From positions 59,268 to 123,267 of the forward strand of contig BPIL01000008.1 in NCBI GenBank assembly GCA_026004095.1: a stretch of DNA of 64,000 nt. The letters run 5' to 3'. Shown here one piece after another: positions 22,990-32,722 of this stretch; the first letter of the stretch is position 1, and the number at the start of each line of letters is the position of its first letter. Source of the DNA: Meiothermus sp. GTDB lineage: Bacteria > Deinococcota > Deinococci > Deinococcales > Thermaceae. The notes beneath the pieces were generated by a model, which was not told the origin of the DNA, made no database searches, and saw only the letters and a list, made by a program, of their open reading frames with translations. The position numbers and the translations under genes were made by a program.

Positions 22990-23023
22990 CTGAGACGCCG
23001 GTGTAACGCCAGCCCCCTATTCT
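22990..23023 (+). promoter_or_regulatory. SARP-type direct-repeat box 4 plus -10
   Basis: CTGAGACGCCGGTGTAACGC at 22990; TATTCT at 23018. Confidence 0.8.
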
Positions 23024-23092
23024 GCGCTCAAATGCCCAGCAACCTTTATCGCCGAACCAAGTGGGCTAAAACCATTCACAAAGGAGAAGCGT

Positions 23093-24055
23093 ATGAAACC
23101 CCTAGCTTGGATTTTCGCCGGTCTGCTGGTTGTTGCCCTCGGTGCTTGTGGCAGCACCACCAGCCCCAACACCAGCAACCCGAACCCCGGCAACCCCGGT
23201 ACGCCCAACCCGAGTGCTTCCGGCTTCAAAACCGCGGCGGTGCTGCCCGAGGGTTTGAAAGACCTCGAGCAAAACCTCTCGCCCCTGCTGGTCGAGGCGG
23301 TTGAAATAGCCCGCAGCAAGAGCCAGAACCCCGGCACCCTCACCGGTACCCTCACCCAAAGCGGCAACACCTTCACCTATAGCCCCAACCCCACCAACCG
23401 CCTGCGGGTGGTCTGGAGCGATGGGGTGGTCTACGAGTTTGTCATCACCCAGTTCCAGGGCGACCTCACGGACGGGGCCACCGCTTTCTACAAGGGCAAC
23501 CACCTGCTACAGTTCAGCGCCCAGCTCAAACCCGACAACGAGATTGGCCCGGTTAACCTGAGCCTCCGTTCCCAGCGGCAGGGCAGCGCCCTCAGCGTGA
23601 GCCTGGGGGGGACGGCGGTCTTTGACGGCCAGACCTACACCCTGAACCTGAGCTACGCCCAGGAGGTGCTCTCCGACTTTGGCCCCGGTTCCATCAAGTT
23701 CCACCACCAGGACACCCTCCAGGGCAGCCTGCAGGGCCCCGGCCTCCAGATTCAGGTGAACGAAACCTACGACTTCCAACTGGTGGGCAGCGACAGCCTG
23801 GTGATGCAGACCATCCGCACCCTCAACAACGCCTGGAGCGAGGGCGGCCAGCAGTTCCGCCTGCAAGACGGTTTGATCAAGCGGGTCTTCCGCGACGGTA
23901 ACCCCATTGAGGCCGACTTCTGGACGGCCTCGGGCGACCTGTTGCGGAATGGGGTGCGGGTGGGCGGTTTTGGGCAGGCCTTTACGGGGAATTTGCTCGA
24001 GCAGTTCCTGGACACCCCCAGCGGGCGGGTGCGGCTGGGAGTTTTCCGCTTCTGA
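23093..24055 (+). CDS. Beta-rich lipoprotein of unknown function
   Basis: RBS AAGGAG, lipobox LGAC, P/N/S/T linker, beta-strand-rich body. Confidence 0.85.
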   Translation: MKPLAWIFAGLLVVALGACGSTTSPNTSNPNPGNPGTPNPSASGFKTAAVLPEGLKDLEQNLSPLLVEAVEIARSKSQNPGTLTGTLTQSGNTFTYSPNPTNRLRVVWSDGVVYEFVITQFQGDLTDGATAFYKGNHLLQFSAQLKPDNEIGPVNLSLRSQRQGSALSVSLGGTAVFDGQTYTLNLSYAQEVLSDFGPGSIKFHHQDTLQGSLQGPGLQIQVNETYDFQLVGSDSLVMQTIRTLNNAWSEGGQQFRLQDGLIKRVFRDGNPIEADFWTASGDLLRNGVRVGGFGQAFTGNLLEQFLDTPSGRVRLGVFRF

Positions 24056-24132
24056 TCCTACTCCCTTCGGTCGGCTCGAACCCCTCACCTTTGGTTACAC
24101 CCAAGGGTGAGGGGTTCAAGCGGAATCGGTAT
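24056..24132. repeat. Palindromic intergenic repeat element (REP/SRE-like, probably truncated)
   Basis: Long imperfect hairpin GAACCCCTCACC...GGTGAGGGGTTC with terminal GGAATCGGTAT, resembling my recollection of Deinococcota small repeat elements. Confidence 0.6.
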
Positions 24133-24178
24133 GAACCCCAGAGCTAGGCGGACGTTTTTCCCTCGGTAGAATGGGCGC

Positions 24179-25405
24179 ATGGACATGCTCCCCATCCTCA
24201 CAGAGCTATCGCAAAAAACCCCCACCAAGATTCTCCTGGTTGTGCTGGACGGCGTAGGCGGCCTGCCCCAGACCCCCGGCGGCCCCACCGAGCTGGCCGC
24301 AGCGCATACCCCCAACCTGGATGCCCTGGCGCAAAAGAGCGCCCTGGGACTCCTGACCCCGGTCTACCCCGGTCTGGCCCCCGGCTCCGGCCCCGGCCAC
24401 CTCTCGCTTTTTGGCTACGACCCCTTCAAGTACCTGGTGGGGCGCGGGGCGCTCTCGGCCATCGGGATTGGGGCCGATTTCAAAGACGGCGACGTGGCAG
24501 TGCGCGGCAACTTTGCCACCCTGGACGCCGCCGGACTGGTCAAAGACCGCCGGGCAGGCCGGCCCAGCGACGCGGAGAACCGGCGGGTGGTGGACAGGCT
24601 AAAGGCCGCCATCCAGGAGCTCGAGGGGGTGCAGGTGAGCTTCTACACCGAAAGCGAGCACCGTTTTGTGGTGATTTTGCGCGGCGAGGGGCTGAGTGAG
24701 CAGGTTTCCGACACCGACCCCCAGAAAACCGGTGTGCCTCCCTTGCAGGCCGAGCCCAAAACCGCTAGCGCTGAGAGCCAGCGCACCGCTCGAGTGCTTA
24801 ACCGACTGTCCGAGCGCATCCGCGAGGTGCTGGCCGATGAGCCCCAGATCAACGGTGCGTTGTTCCGGGGTATCTCCGAACGCCCCCGTTTCCCTCTGAT
24901 CTCCGAGGTGTACCACCTCACGCCGGCCTGCATTGCCAGCTACCCCATGTACAAAGGGCTGGCCAGCCTGGTAGGCATGGAGGTGCTGCCGGTGGAAGGG
25001 GTGGAAGACGCTCCAGAGGGCAAGGTAAAGGCCCTACGGGAAAACTGGGCCAAGTACGATTTCTTCTATCTGCACTTCAAGAAAACCGACAGCACCGGCG
25101 AGGACGGCAATTTTGAAGAAAAAGTGCATAAGGTCGAGCTTTTTGACCACCTGTTGCCCGAGCTGCTGGCCCTGAAGCCGGATGTGCTGGCTATCACCGG
25201 TGACCACTCCACCCCTTCGGTTTTGAAAGCCCACTCCTGGCACCCAGTGCCGCTGCTGCTCTATGGCCCCTACCTCCGCAACGACGCCGCCCGGCGCTTC
25301 ACCGAGGACGAGGCCGCCAGAGGCAGCCTGGGCCACCTGCGCGGGGTGGAGCTGATGCCCTTGCTGCTGGCCCATGCTGGCAAGCTACAAAAGTACGGGG
25401 CCTAG
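24179..25405 (+). CDS. apgM: 2,3-bisphosphoglycerate-independent phosphoglycerate mutase, archaeal type
   Basis: [40 protein letters not shown]. Confidence 0.92.
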   Translation: MDMLPILTELSQKTPTKILLVVLDGVGGLPQTPGGPTELAAAHTPNLDALAQKSALGLLTPVYPGLAPGSGPGHLSLFGYDPFKYLVGRGALSAIGIGADFKDGDVAVRGNFATLDAAGLVKDRRAGRPSDAENRRVVDRLKAAIQELEGVQVSFYTESEHRFVVILRGEGLSEQVSDTDPQKTGVPPLQAEPKTASAESQRTARVLNRLSERIREVLADEPQINGALFRGISERPRFPLISEVYHLTPACIASYPMYKGLASLVGMEVLPVEGVEDAPEGKVKALRENWAKYDFFYLHFKKTDSTGEDGNFEEKVHKVELFDHLLPELLALKPDVLAITGDHSTPSVLKAHSWHPVPLLLYGPYLRNDAARRFTEDEAARGSLGHLRGVELMPLLLAHAGKLQKYGA

Positions 25406-25417
25406 TACTTAAGCTCA

Positions 25418-25450
25418 ATCGGTAGGGCTTGCAGGCCCTACCGATAAAAA
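25418..25450. terminator. Hairpin terminator between convergent genes
   Basis: ATCGGTAGGGC-TTGCAG-GCCCTACCGAT followed by an A run (T tail on the minus strand). Confidence 0.8.
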
Positions 25451-25463
25451 TTGTTCTGGTTTT

Positions 25464-25958
25464 TTAGTTTAGGCTCTCGCCCACAGCTTCTTCAAAGAGT
25501 TTGCGGGCTTCGTCAAGGGTAATCTCGAGCACCTGTGAAATTTCCTCCGCCAGAAGGTGCATGGCCCGGCGAAGGGCTTGGCGGTCGAGATCGGGGAGGC
25601 CTTTTTCCTGCTCCCAGGCCCGAAGCTGACCGGCCAGGGTAGCGATGCGAAAAGGATCGCCATCGGCCAGAATCTCGGTGGTCTTGCGGTGGCGGGCGGC
25701 CCACTGGCGGGGCAGGGGCAGCCGGCCTTCCTGTAGCAAAGCTAGGATCTCGTTTACCTGATCCGGCGACAAGGCCCGGCGCAAACGGGTGGTTTGCGGC
25801 GCTTCTACGGGCACATAAGCCTTCGAGCGGGTTCCAGGAAAGTCGACTTGATAGTAGGATTTATCTGAGCCAGCCACCGAACGCTGGGCGATCCCCGCCA
25901 CCACACCTACACCATACGGCGGCAAAACAACCTTGTCTCCTGGACGGTATTCGCTCAC
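25464..25958 (-). CDS. carD: CarD-family transcription factor
   Basis: YRPGDKVVLPPYGVGVV, AYVPV, LPRQWAAR with the conserved Trp. Confidence 0.92.
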   Translation of the reverse strand: MSEYRPGDKVVLPPYGVGVVAGIAQRSVAGSDKSYYQVDFPGTRSKAYVPVEAPQTTRLRRALSPDQVNEILALLQEGRLPLPRQWAARHRKTTEILADGDPFRIATLAGQLRAWEQEKGLPDLDRQALRRAMHLLAEEISQVLEITLDEARKLFEEAVGESLN

Positions 25959-26518
25959 AACGCCACTCCTTTCAGTAACACCTCGAGCAGGTGCTCGAGG
26001 TAGGCTTCCCGTGGAAACTCGAGCTGGGGGTTGCAGGCCAGGGCCGCAATGCTGGCAGCGGTCAGGCAGGTGTCGAGTTCAGGCCGCACCTCCCCCCTGG
26101 CCTTACCTTCCTGCACCAGCCTCTCCAGCAAGCGCTGGTAATGCTCGTGCATCCCCCTGAGCCAGCCTGTGGTGTCCTCAGGCTGGGCCTCTCGGGCTAC
26201 AGCCGCCCACAAACCGCGCCACTCCTCCACCCAGTCCACCCGAAGTCGCAGCACCTCAGCCAGGCGCTCACGAAAGGGGCCACCACGGCTCACCACTTCC
26301 TCCACCTTGCGGTAGTAGGTAAAGGTGTGGTGTTCCACCAGCGCCTTGAGCAGGTCTTGTTTATCTTGGAAGTAGAGATAAACCGTGCCTTTGCCGACCT
26401 CGGCTTCCCGGGCTACCTCCTCGACTTTGAGCCCCGACAACCCCCGATCCCTCAACACTCGGATGGTTGCCTCGAGGATTGCTTCGCGTTTGGGGGCAGT
26501 CCGAGCCTCCACGGTCAC
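25955..26518 (-). CDS. TetR-family regulator
   Basis: ILEAT...VEEVAREAEVGKGTVYLYFQDK; start uncertain. Confidence 0.9.
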   Translation of the reverse strand: MTVEARTAPKREAILEATIRVLRDRGLSGLKVEEVAREAEVGKGTVYLYFQDKQDLLKALVEHHTFTYYRKVEEVVSRGGPFRERLAEVLRLRVDWVEEWRGLWAAVAREAQPEDTTGWLRGMHEHYQRLLERLVQEGKARGEVRPELDTCLTAASIAALACNPQLEFPREAYLEHLLEVLLKGVAL

Positions 26519-26748
26519 GGCTACAAAGTCTACCAGAACCCCGAAGGGCAAAGATGAGACCGGTTTTTGCTGTCGACTGTTTGTGGTTTTAAGTCCGTCC
26601 AAAACAGCTTTTTCCCGGATTTGCCGCATTTCGCCATTTACTATATTTGCGCGAAATTTCTGACTAAAACAAATTTATTGACAATCCACCCAGGATCAAT
26701 TGGGAATTAACAACCCCTCTTAACCCTCCAAACACGTAAACTACGGCC

Positions 26749-27270
26749 GTGCCTTCGGGTCGCGTTCACGAAGCCATCAATCTCAGCGTCCTGGGACTGG
26801 CCACAGCCGCCTACTGGGTCTACCGGCAAGAACTCGAGGTTCCCCAGCCGGTGGCGGTGGCCTTTATGGGCAGTTACCTCCTGGGAACCTTCTTCATCAC
26901 CCCCGACCTGGATCTGGCCGAACAACAGGTGCGGGCCAAGGGACGCTGGGGCTGGATGGGCTGGATCTGGGTGCCCTATGGCTGGATGTTTGCCCATCGG
27001 GGCCTTTCGCACACCTGGGTGGTGGGCCCCCTAACCCGGATTCTGTACCTGGGGGCGATGGGCGTGCTGGTGTACTGGCTCTTCACCGCCCTCTCGAACT
27101 ACCTGGGGCTGAACATCCATCTGCAACCCCACTTCAAGGCCCCACCCCAGGAGGTTATCTGGGCACTGGTGCTGGGGTACTATGCCTCACAATGGCTGCA
27201 CCTCATCGCCGACGGCATCTGGCCTGATAGCGGTCGGATTTTTTCGGGCAAGCGCCGTCGCCAACGGTGA
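26749..27270 (+). CDS. Putative metal-binding membrane protein (DUF2227-like)
   Basis: MPSGRVH, PDLDL, HRGLSH, HLIAD motifs. Confidence 0.85.
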   Translation: MPSGRVHEAINLSVLGLATAAYWVYRQELEVPQPVAVAFMGSYLLGTFFITPDLDLAEQQVRAKGRWGWMGWIWVPYGWMFAHRGLSHTWVVGPLTRILYLGAMGVLVYWLFTALSNYLGLNIHLQPHFKAPPQEVIWALVLGYYASQWLHLIADGIWPDSGRIFSGKRRRQR

Positions 27271-27287
27271 ACTGGAGGCTGCTCAGT

Positions 27288-27788
27288 ATGTATAGCGCCA
27301 AATTCTGGGTGGAACACCTCGGCCTGCAACCCCATCTCGAGGGTGGCTTTTATCGTCAGACCTACGTATCCAGCGAGCTTATCGCACAGCCCCATCTACC
27401 CCCCCGTTTTGGCAGCCCACGGGCTTTTTCCACGGCCATCTACTTTTTGCTCGAGCACCCCGATTTTTCAAGCTTCCACCGGCTCAAAAGCGACGAGATC
27501 TGGCATTTCTACGCCGGCGCTTCCCTAACCCTGTGGCTCATCTCGCCCCAGGGTGCGCTTTCGGCCCTATCGCTCGGCCCCGATCCCAGCAAAGGAGAGC
27601 GCTTCCAGGCAACGGTTCCTGCTGGCTACTGGTTTGCAGCCAGCCTGGATACCCCCGGAACCTACGCCCTGGTAGGCTGCACCATGGCCCCGGGCTTCGA
27701 TTTCGCCGACCTCGAGCTGGCCGAGCGCGAAACCCTGGCCCGGCAGTTTCCCCAACACCGCCCCCTCATCGAACGGCTGACCCGCTAA
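27288..27788 (+). CDS. Cupin_5 (DUF985) family protein
   Basis: LQPHLEGGFY, TAIYFLL, SDEIWHFY, GCTMAPGFDF. Confidence 0.9.
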   Translation: MYSAKFWVEHLGLQPHLEGGFYRQTYVSSELIAQPHLPPRFGSPRAFSTAIYFLLEHPDFSSFHRLKSDEIWHFYAGASLTLWLISPQGALSALSLGPDPSKGERFQATVPAGYWFAASLDTPGTYALVGCTMAPGFDFADLELAERETLARQFPQHRPLIERLTR

Positions 27789-27817
27789 AAGGCAGTGCTC
27801 CAGGAAAGGAACGCCCA

Positions 27818-28963
27818 TTGGATACAGCTTCACCCAACCAACTATCCCAGGCCCGGATCGCCATTTATGTAACTTTCTTTGTGTGCGGTCTGGTGTTGGC
27901 TGCCTGGGTCTCGCGCATTCCAACCATCAAGCAGCAGCTAGGCCTGAACGCCGGCGAGCTGGGCCTGGTGCTGATGGGAAGCCCCATCGGGCTGGTGCTG
28001 GCCATGCCCCTAACCGGCTGGCTCATTGCGCGTTGGGGCAGCCGACCGGTGCTGGCCTGGGCCGCCATAAGCAACTGCGCCGCACTGCCCCTGCTGGCCC
28101 TGGCCCCCAATGGCTGGACGCTGGGCCTGGGGCTGTTTGTGTTTGGCTTCGCCAACGCGGCCATGGACATCTCCATGAACGCCCAGGCCGTGGAGGTTGA
28201 AAAACGCCACGCCCGGCCCATTATGTCCAGTTTCCACGCGCTGTTTAGCCTGGGAGGCCTGGTGGGTGCTGCGCTGGGAGGGGCCGCAGCAGCAGGCGGA
28301 CTGGCACCGCTGCCCTTCTTTGCCTGGACGGCCCTGGTCATGGGGCTGCTGATGCTGGCAGCCATCCGATACCTGCTCGAGGCTCAGCCTGTGGCGAGCG
28401 GGCCGCGCTTTGTCTGGCCTCGAGGGGTGCTGCTGGGCCTGGGGTTGATCGTGTTCTGCACCGGTCTGGGCGAGGGGGCTGTGGCCGACTGGAGCGCGGT
28501 ATTCATGAAGCACGAGATGGGCACCAGCGAGGCCGTGGCGGCGCTGGCCTTCTCGGCCTTTTCGGTGTCCATGGTGCTGGGCCGTCTGAGCGGCGACGCC
28601 CTCATACATCGGTTGGGGCCGGTGGCGGTGGCTCGAGCCGGTGGGCTGCTGGCTGCCAGCGGTTTCAGCACCACGCTTGTTACCAACCGTCCCGAGATCG
28701 CCATGCTGGGCTTTGCGCTGATTGGACTGGGTTACTGCACCCTGTTTCCGCTGGTGTTTAGCGCCGCTGGCAGGGTACCGGGGGTGCAGCCCGGGGTGGC
28801 GCTGGCCTCGGTGGCAACGCTGGGCTACCTGGGTTTTTTGAGCGGGCCACCCGTTATCGGCCTAATCGCACAGGCCACATCGTTGCGGGTGTCTTTTGCA
28901 GCGGTGGCGGGGCTGGCCGTGGTGATTACCCTGCTGGCCGGTCTATTGCAAGCTAAGAAATAA
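27818..28963 (+). CDS. MFS transporter
   Basis: About 12 TM segments; DISMNAQAVEVEK, EGAVADWS; TTG start after AAAGGA. Confidence 0.88.
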   Translation: MDTASPNQLSQARIAIYVTFFVCGLVLAAWVSRIPTIKQQLGLNAGELGLVLMGSPIGLVLAMPLTGWLIARWGSRPVLAWAAISNCAALPLLALAPNGWTLGLGLFVFGFANAAMDISMNAQAVEVEKRHARPIMSSFHALFSLGGLVGAALGGAAAAGGLAPLPFFAWTALVMGLLMLAAIRYLLEAQPVASGPRFVWPRGVLLGLGLIVFCTGLGEGAVADWSAVFMKHEMGTSEAVAALAFSAFSVSMVLGRLSGDALIHRLGPVAVARAGGLLAASGFSTTLVTNRPEIAMLGFALIGLGYCTLFPLVFSAAGRVPGVQPGVALASVATLGYLGFLSGPPVIGLIAQATSLRVSFAAVAGLAVVITLLAGLLQAKK

Positions 28964-28988
28964 CGCAGTTCCAGTTGCTGGAACTGCG
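28964..28988. terminator. Hairpin terminator between convergent genes
   Basis: CGCAGTTCCAG-TTG-CTGGAACTGCG. Confidence 0.75.
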
Positions 28989-29011
28989 CTTTGTGGGAAA
29001 AACCGGCTTGC

Positions 29012-29479
29012 TTAGGCCGCGCTGATGGCGATCTTGCGCACGCGGGCCTGCTCCACCTTGGGTAGGGTCAGGCGCAGCAGGCCATCGGTGATGGTGGCCT
29101 GAATCTTGTCCACCTCCACCGAGGCGGGCAGGGTCAGGCTCTGCACAAAGCTACCGCGCGGCAGACCCCGCGACCAGTAGCGGCGCTCATCGCTGCCCTG
29201 GGCTTCCGGATAAGTACCGCGAATGGTCAGCCGGTTGCCCTCCAGGCGTACCTCGAGGTCGTCCTTGCGCAGACCCGGCACCGCCATCTCCAGCACCAGG
29301 CTGTCCCCGGTCTCGTAAAGATCGTAGGGGTAGGCGCTAACGGACACCGGGCTGCCTAAAGATGCTGTCACCTCGTTCCAGAGCCGGTCGAACTCCTGGA
29401 AGAAGTTGTTTACGCTCGAGAGATTCCAGCTCCGCAGAGGCATCGTCTGAACAGGTACGTTCCGAACAATGTCCAGCAT
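29012..29479 (-). CDS. Hsp20/alpha-crystallin small heat shock protein
   Basis: DLYET...VPGL.KDDLEV, GSFVQSLTLP, DGLLRLTLPK. Confidence 0.93.
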   Translation of the reverse strand: MLDIVRNVPVQTMPLRSWNLSSVNNFFQEFDRLWNEVTASLGSPVSVSAYPYDLYETGDSLVLEMAVPGLRKDDLEVRLEGNRLTIRGTYPEAQGSDERRYWSRGLPRGSFVQSLTLPASVEVDKIQATITDGLLRLTLPKVEQARVRKIAISAA

Positions 29480-29529
29480 ACTGAAACCTCCTTTCGTAGG
29501 GTTTGTTAGCAGATTCCCTACAGTTGGGT

Positions 29530-29559
29530 ATTATAAAAGTTGAGCGTAACATTGTCAAG
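29530..29559 (-). promoter_or_regulatory. Consensus sigma-A promoter of hsp20 overlapped by a HAIR-like operator
   Basis: Minus strand TTGACA-17 bp-TATAAT; plus strand TTGAGC-N7-TGTCAAG resembles the HspR site CTTGAGT-N7-ACTCAAG. Confidence 0.75.
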
Positions 29560-29637
29560 TATCGTTATGATTTTAATGTACATTTCATCTTTCTTTTCTA
29601 GATTCACAGGTGAAAAACTTCCTTGCGGAGGTGAAGC

Positions 29638-30777
29638 ATGCCACGCCTACTTGTGCTCCTGTTGCTGCTGATGAGCCTGGGCCTGGCCCAGGGGTTCCGC
29701 GGTCTGGCCCTGTACACCCCCTACCCCTCGCAAAGCGTGCGGCTGGGCGAAACCATCAACCTGCCCATCACCCTCAAGGGCTACAACCTGCCGCCCCAGA
29801 CCGTGCAGGTGCGGGTCGCCGAACTAGCCCCGGGCTGGAAGGCCAGCCTGCTGGGCGGGGGCCGGGTGGTCAGTGCGGTGTATGTGCTGCCCGATGGGGA
29901 GCAGAGCCTTTCCCTGCGGCTCGAGCCGCCGCAAAACGTGCGGGCCGGCACCTATCGCTTCCGGCTGGTGGCCGAGGGCAGTGGGGTGCGGGCCGAGCTG
30001 CCCCTGGCGCTCACACTGGGCCAGGTGCTGCCCAAGCGGCTATCCCTCGAGACCGAGCTTCCGGTGCTCAAAGGCACCCCCACCGCCAGCTTCCGTTACC
30101 GGGTTACCCTTCGAAACGAAAGCGACCAGGACTTGCTGGTCAACCTCGAGGCCGACGCCCCCGAGAACTTCCGGGTGAGCTTTAGCACCGCCTTTGGCGG
30201 CCAGGAGATCAACAGCCTGCCCTTAAAAGCCGGGGAAAGCCGCGATCTGGAGGTTCAGGTCACCCCCCCCAGGCAGGTGGAGGCCAAAGTTTATGCCGTC
30301 ACCCTGCGGGCCCTGGCCGGGGAGGCCAAGGCCGAGCTGGCCGTGAACCTGGACATCACCGGCCAGGTCGAACTGAGCCTCTCCACCCCGGAGGAACGGC
30401 TCTCGGGGCGGGCCTATGCCGGGCGCGAGAACCCCATCAAGCTGGTAGTCAAAAACAACGGCAGCGCCCCAGCAGAGAACCTCGAGCTTTCCGCCAGCGA
30501 GCCTTCGGGCTGGGAGGTCAGGTTTGAGCCCGACAAGATCGAGCGGCTGGCCCCAGGGGCTGAGTCGGAGGTTACCGCCCGCATCAAGCCCTCCTCCCGG
30601 GCCGTTGCAGGCGACTACATGCTGACCCTACGGGCCAGCGCCGAAGGAGCCCAGGCCTCGGCCGATTACCGGGTGACCGTGCAGACCTCCACCCTGTGGG
30701 GGCTGATCGGGGTGGCCCTGATTGCGGTGGCGGTTGGCGCGGTGGGGTTCGCGGTCTCACGCTTCGGGCGGCGCTAG
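29638..30777 (+). CDS. Exported Ig-fold repeat protein (NEW3-like) with C-terminal TM anchor
   Basis: Signal peptide, three similar beta-sandwich repeats (PGW.., AGTY/AGDY), C-terminal TM helix. Confidence 0.82.
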   Translation: MPRLLVLLLLLMSLGLAQGFRGLALYTPYPSQSVRLGETINLPITLKGYNLPPQTVQVRVAELAPGWKASLLGGGRVVSAVYVLPDGEQSLSLRLEPPQNVRAGTYRFRLVAEGSGVRAELPLALTLGQVLPKRLSLETELPVLKGTPTASFRYRVTLRNESDQDLLVNLEADAPENFRVSFSTAFGGQEINSLPLKAGESRDLEVQVTPPRQVEAKVYAVTLRALAGEAKAELAVNLDITGQVELSLSTPEERLSGRAYAGRENPIKLVVKNNGSAPAENLELSASEPSGWEVRFEPDKIERLAPGAESEVTARIKPSSRAVAGDYMLTLRASAEGAQASADYRVTVQTSTLWGLIGVALIAVAVGAVGFAVSRFGRR

Positions 30778-30785
30778 GAGGCCCC

Positions 30786-31715
30786 ATGGTCATCGAAACC
30801 CAAGGCCTAACCAAACGCTACGGCAGGGTGGTGGCGGTGGAGGGCCTCGAGCTGCGCATCGAGGTGGGCGAGGTGTATGGCCTGCTGGGCCCCAACGGCT
30901 CCGGCAAAACCACCACCATCCTGATGCTCCTGGGCCTCACCGAGCCCAGCGCGGGCCAGGTACGGGTGCTGGGCCTCGACCCGGTGCGCGAACCGCTCTC
31001 GCTCAAGCGGCAGGTGGGCTACCTGCCCGACTCGGTGGGTTTTTATGGCGAGATGACCGCCTGGGAGAACCTCTCCTACATCGCCCGGCTCAACGGGCTG
31101 CCCCCCGCCCTGGCCAAGGCCCGCATGGAACGGGTGCTGGAGCGCATGGGGCTGGCCGAGGTGGCCCACCGCCCGGTGGGTGCTTTTTCGCGGGGTATGC
31201 GCCAGCGCTTAGGGCTGGCCGAGGTGCTGCTCAAAGAGCCCAAGGTGGTGATTCTGGACGAGCCCACCCTGGGCCTGGACCCCGAGGCCGCGCAGGAGTT
31301 CCTGAAGATGATACAAAGCCTGAAATCCGAGGGCATCACCGTGCTGCTCTCCTCGCACCTGCTGCACCAGGTGCAGGCCATCTGCGACCGGGTGGGGCTG
31401 TTCCACAAGGGGAAGCTGGTGCTGGAGGGGCGGGTGGAGGAGCTGGCCCAGCGGGTGCTGGGGGGTGCTTACCGCATCCGCCTCGAGGCCACCCCCCTAA
31501 ACGGCCTGGCCGAGCGGCTCCAGGCCCTGCCCGAGGTGAGCCGGGTGCAGGCCGAGGGGCAGGGGCTGCGGCTGGAAGCCACCCAGGACATCCGCCCCCA
31601 GGTGGCTAAAGCCGTGCTCGAGGCCGGGGCTGCCCTCCAGAGCCTGGTGCTGGAGCAGCCCAGCCTGGACGAGGTGTACGCCCGCTATTTCCAGGAGGTG
31701 CGCCATGCAGCGTAG
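30786..31715 (+). CDS. ABC-2 type exporter ATP-binding protein
   Basis: [26 protein letters not shown]. Confidence 0.95.
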   Translation: MVIETQGLTKRYGRVVAVEGLELRIEVGEVYGLLGPNGSGKTTTILMLLGLTEPSAGQVRVLGLDPVREPLSLKRQVGYLPDSVGFYGEMTAWENLSYIARLNGLPPALAKARMERVLERMGLAEVAHRPVGAFSRGMRQRLGLAEVLLKEPKVVILDEPTLGLDPEAAQEFLKMIQSLKSEGITVLLSSHLLHQVQAICDRVGLFHKGKLVLEGRVEELAQRVLGGAYRIRLEATPLNGLAERLQALPEVSRVQAEGQGLRLEATQDIRPQVAKAVLEAGAALQSLVLEQPSLDEVYARYFQEVRHAA

Positions 31716-32679
31716 TTCTGCCCCGCGTCGTCGTGAAGGCTCGCCCTGGACGGGGCTGTGGGCGGTCTTCTTCAAGGAGATGGCCGACCACCTGAGCAGC
31801 ACCCGGATGCGCATCCTGGAGGTGCTCATCCTGCTCTCGGCGGTGGGGGCGGTCTATGCCGGGGCCCAGACCCTGCGCCAGACCATCAGCGAGGACCCCT
31901 TCCTCCTGCTAAGGGTTTTTACCGCGGCGCAGGATCCACTGCCCTCGTTTGTGGCCTTCCTGAGCTTCTTTTTGCCCCTGGCCGCCATCGCCCTGGGGTT
32001 TGATGCCATCAACGGTGAGTACAGCCGCAACACCCTTTCGCGCATCCTGGCCCAGCCCATCTACCGCGATGCCCTGCTGTGGGGCAAGTTTTTAGCCGGG
32101 CTGGCTACTATAGCCCTGATCCTGCTGGCCCTGTTTTTGCTGGTGGTGGGGCTGAGCCTGATCTTCCTGGGCGTACCCCCCAGCAGCGAGGAGGTCGCGC
32201 GGGCGTTGCTCTTCTTGCTGGCTACCCTGGCCTATACCGGGGTCTGGCTGGGCATTGCCCTGGTCACCTCGGTGCTCTTCCGCAGCGCGGCCACCTCGGC
32301 GCTGGCGGCCATTGCGGTCTGGCTCTTCTTCGCGCTGTTCTGGGGCATCATCGCCCAGTTGCTGGCCCAGGCCGTGGCCCCTTTCGACCCCTTCAACCCC
32401 GAGAGCGAGCTGCGCCAGACCGAGGCCTTGCTGGCTTTCTCGCGCCTTTCACCCAACACCCTGTACGCCGAGGCCATCCAGGCCCTGCTCAACCCTGGGG
32501 TGCGCAGCCTGGGGCCGGTGCTTATCAGCCAGCTCGAGGGGGCCTTGCTGGGCTCACCCCTTCCCCTGGGGCAGAGCTTCCTGCTGGCCTGGCCGCAGCT
32601 CACGGGCCTGATCGCCCTCACCATAGGGCTCTTCGCCGTGGCCTACGTGCTCTTCCAGCGGCGGGAGGTGCGGGCTTAG
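31705..32679 (+). CDS. ABC-2 type permease
   Basis: GFDAINGE...ILAQPIYR...GKFLA; multiple TM segments. Confidence 0.9.
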   Translation: MQRSSAPRRREGSPWTGLWAVFFKEMADHLSSTRMRILEVLILLSAVGAVYAGAQTLRQTISEDPFLLLRVFTAAQDPLPSFVAFLSFFLPLAAIALGFDAINGEYSRNTLSRILAQPIYRDALLWGKFLAGLATIALILLALFLLVVGLSLIFLGVPPSSEEVARALLFLLATLAYTGVWLGIALVTSVLFRSAATSALAAIAVWLFFALFWGIIAQLLAQAVAPFDPFNPESELRQTEALLAFSRLSPNTLYAEAIQALLNPGVRSLGPVLISQLEGALLGSPLPLGQSFLLAWPQLTGLIALTIGLFAVAYVLFQRREVRA

Positions 32680-32722
32680 CAGGGTAGCCCCTCGCTATCA
32701 GCAGCCTTCTCTTGGGGAAAAA

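Noticed and set aside
16195-23010. The four 19-bp repeats as a CRISPR array or integron attC sites
   Set aside because: Spacing is kilobases, the repeats are not palindromic, and there is no cas or intI gene; the fixed distance to -10 hexamers fits activator sites better
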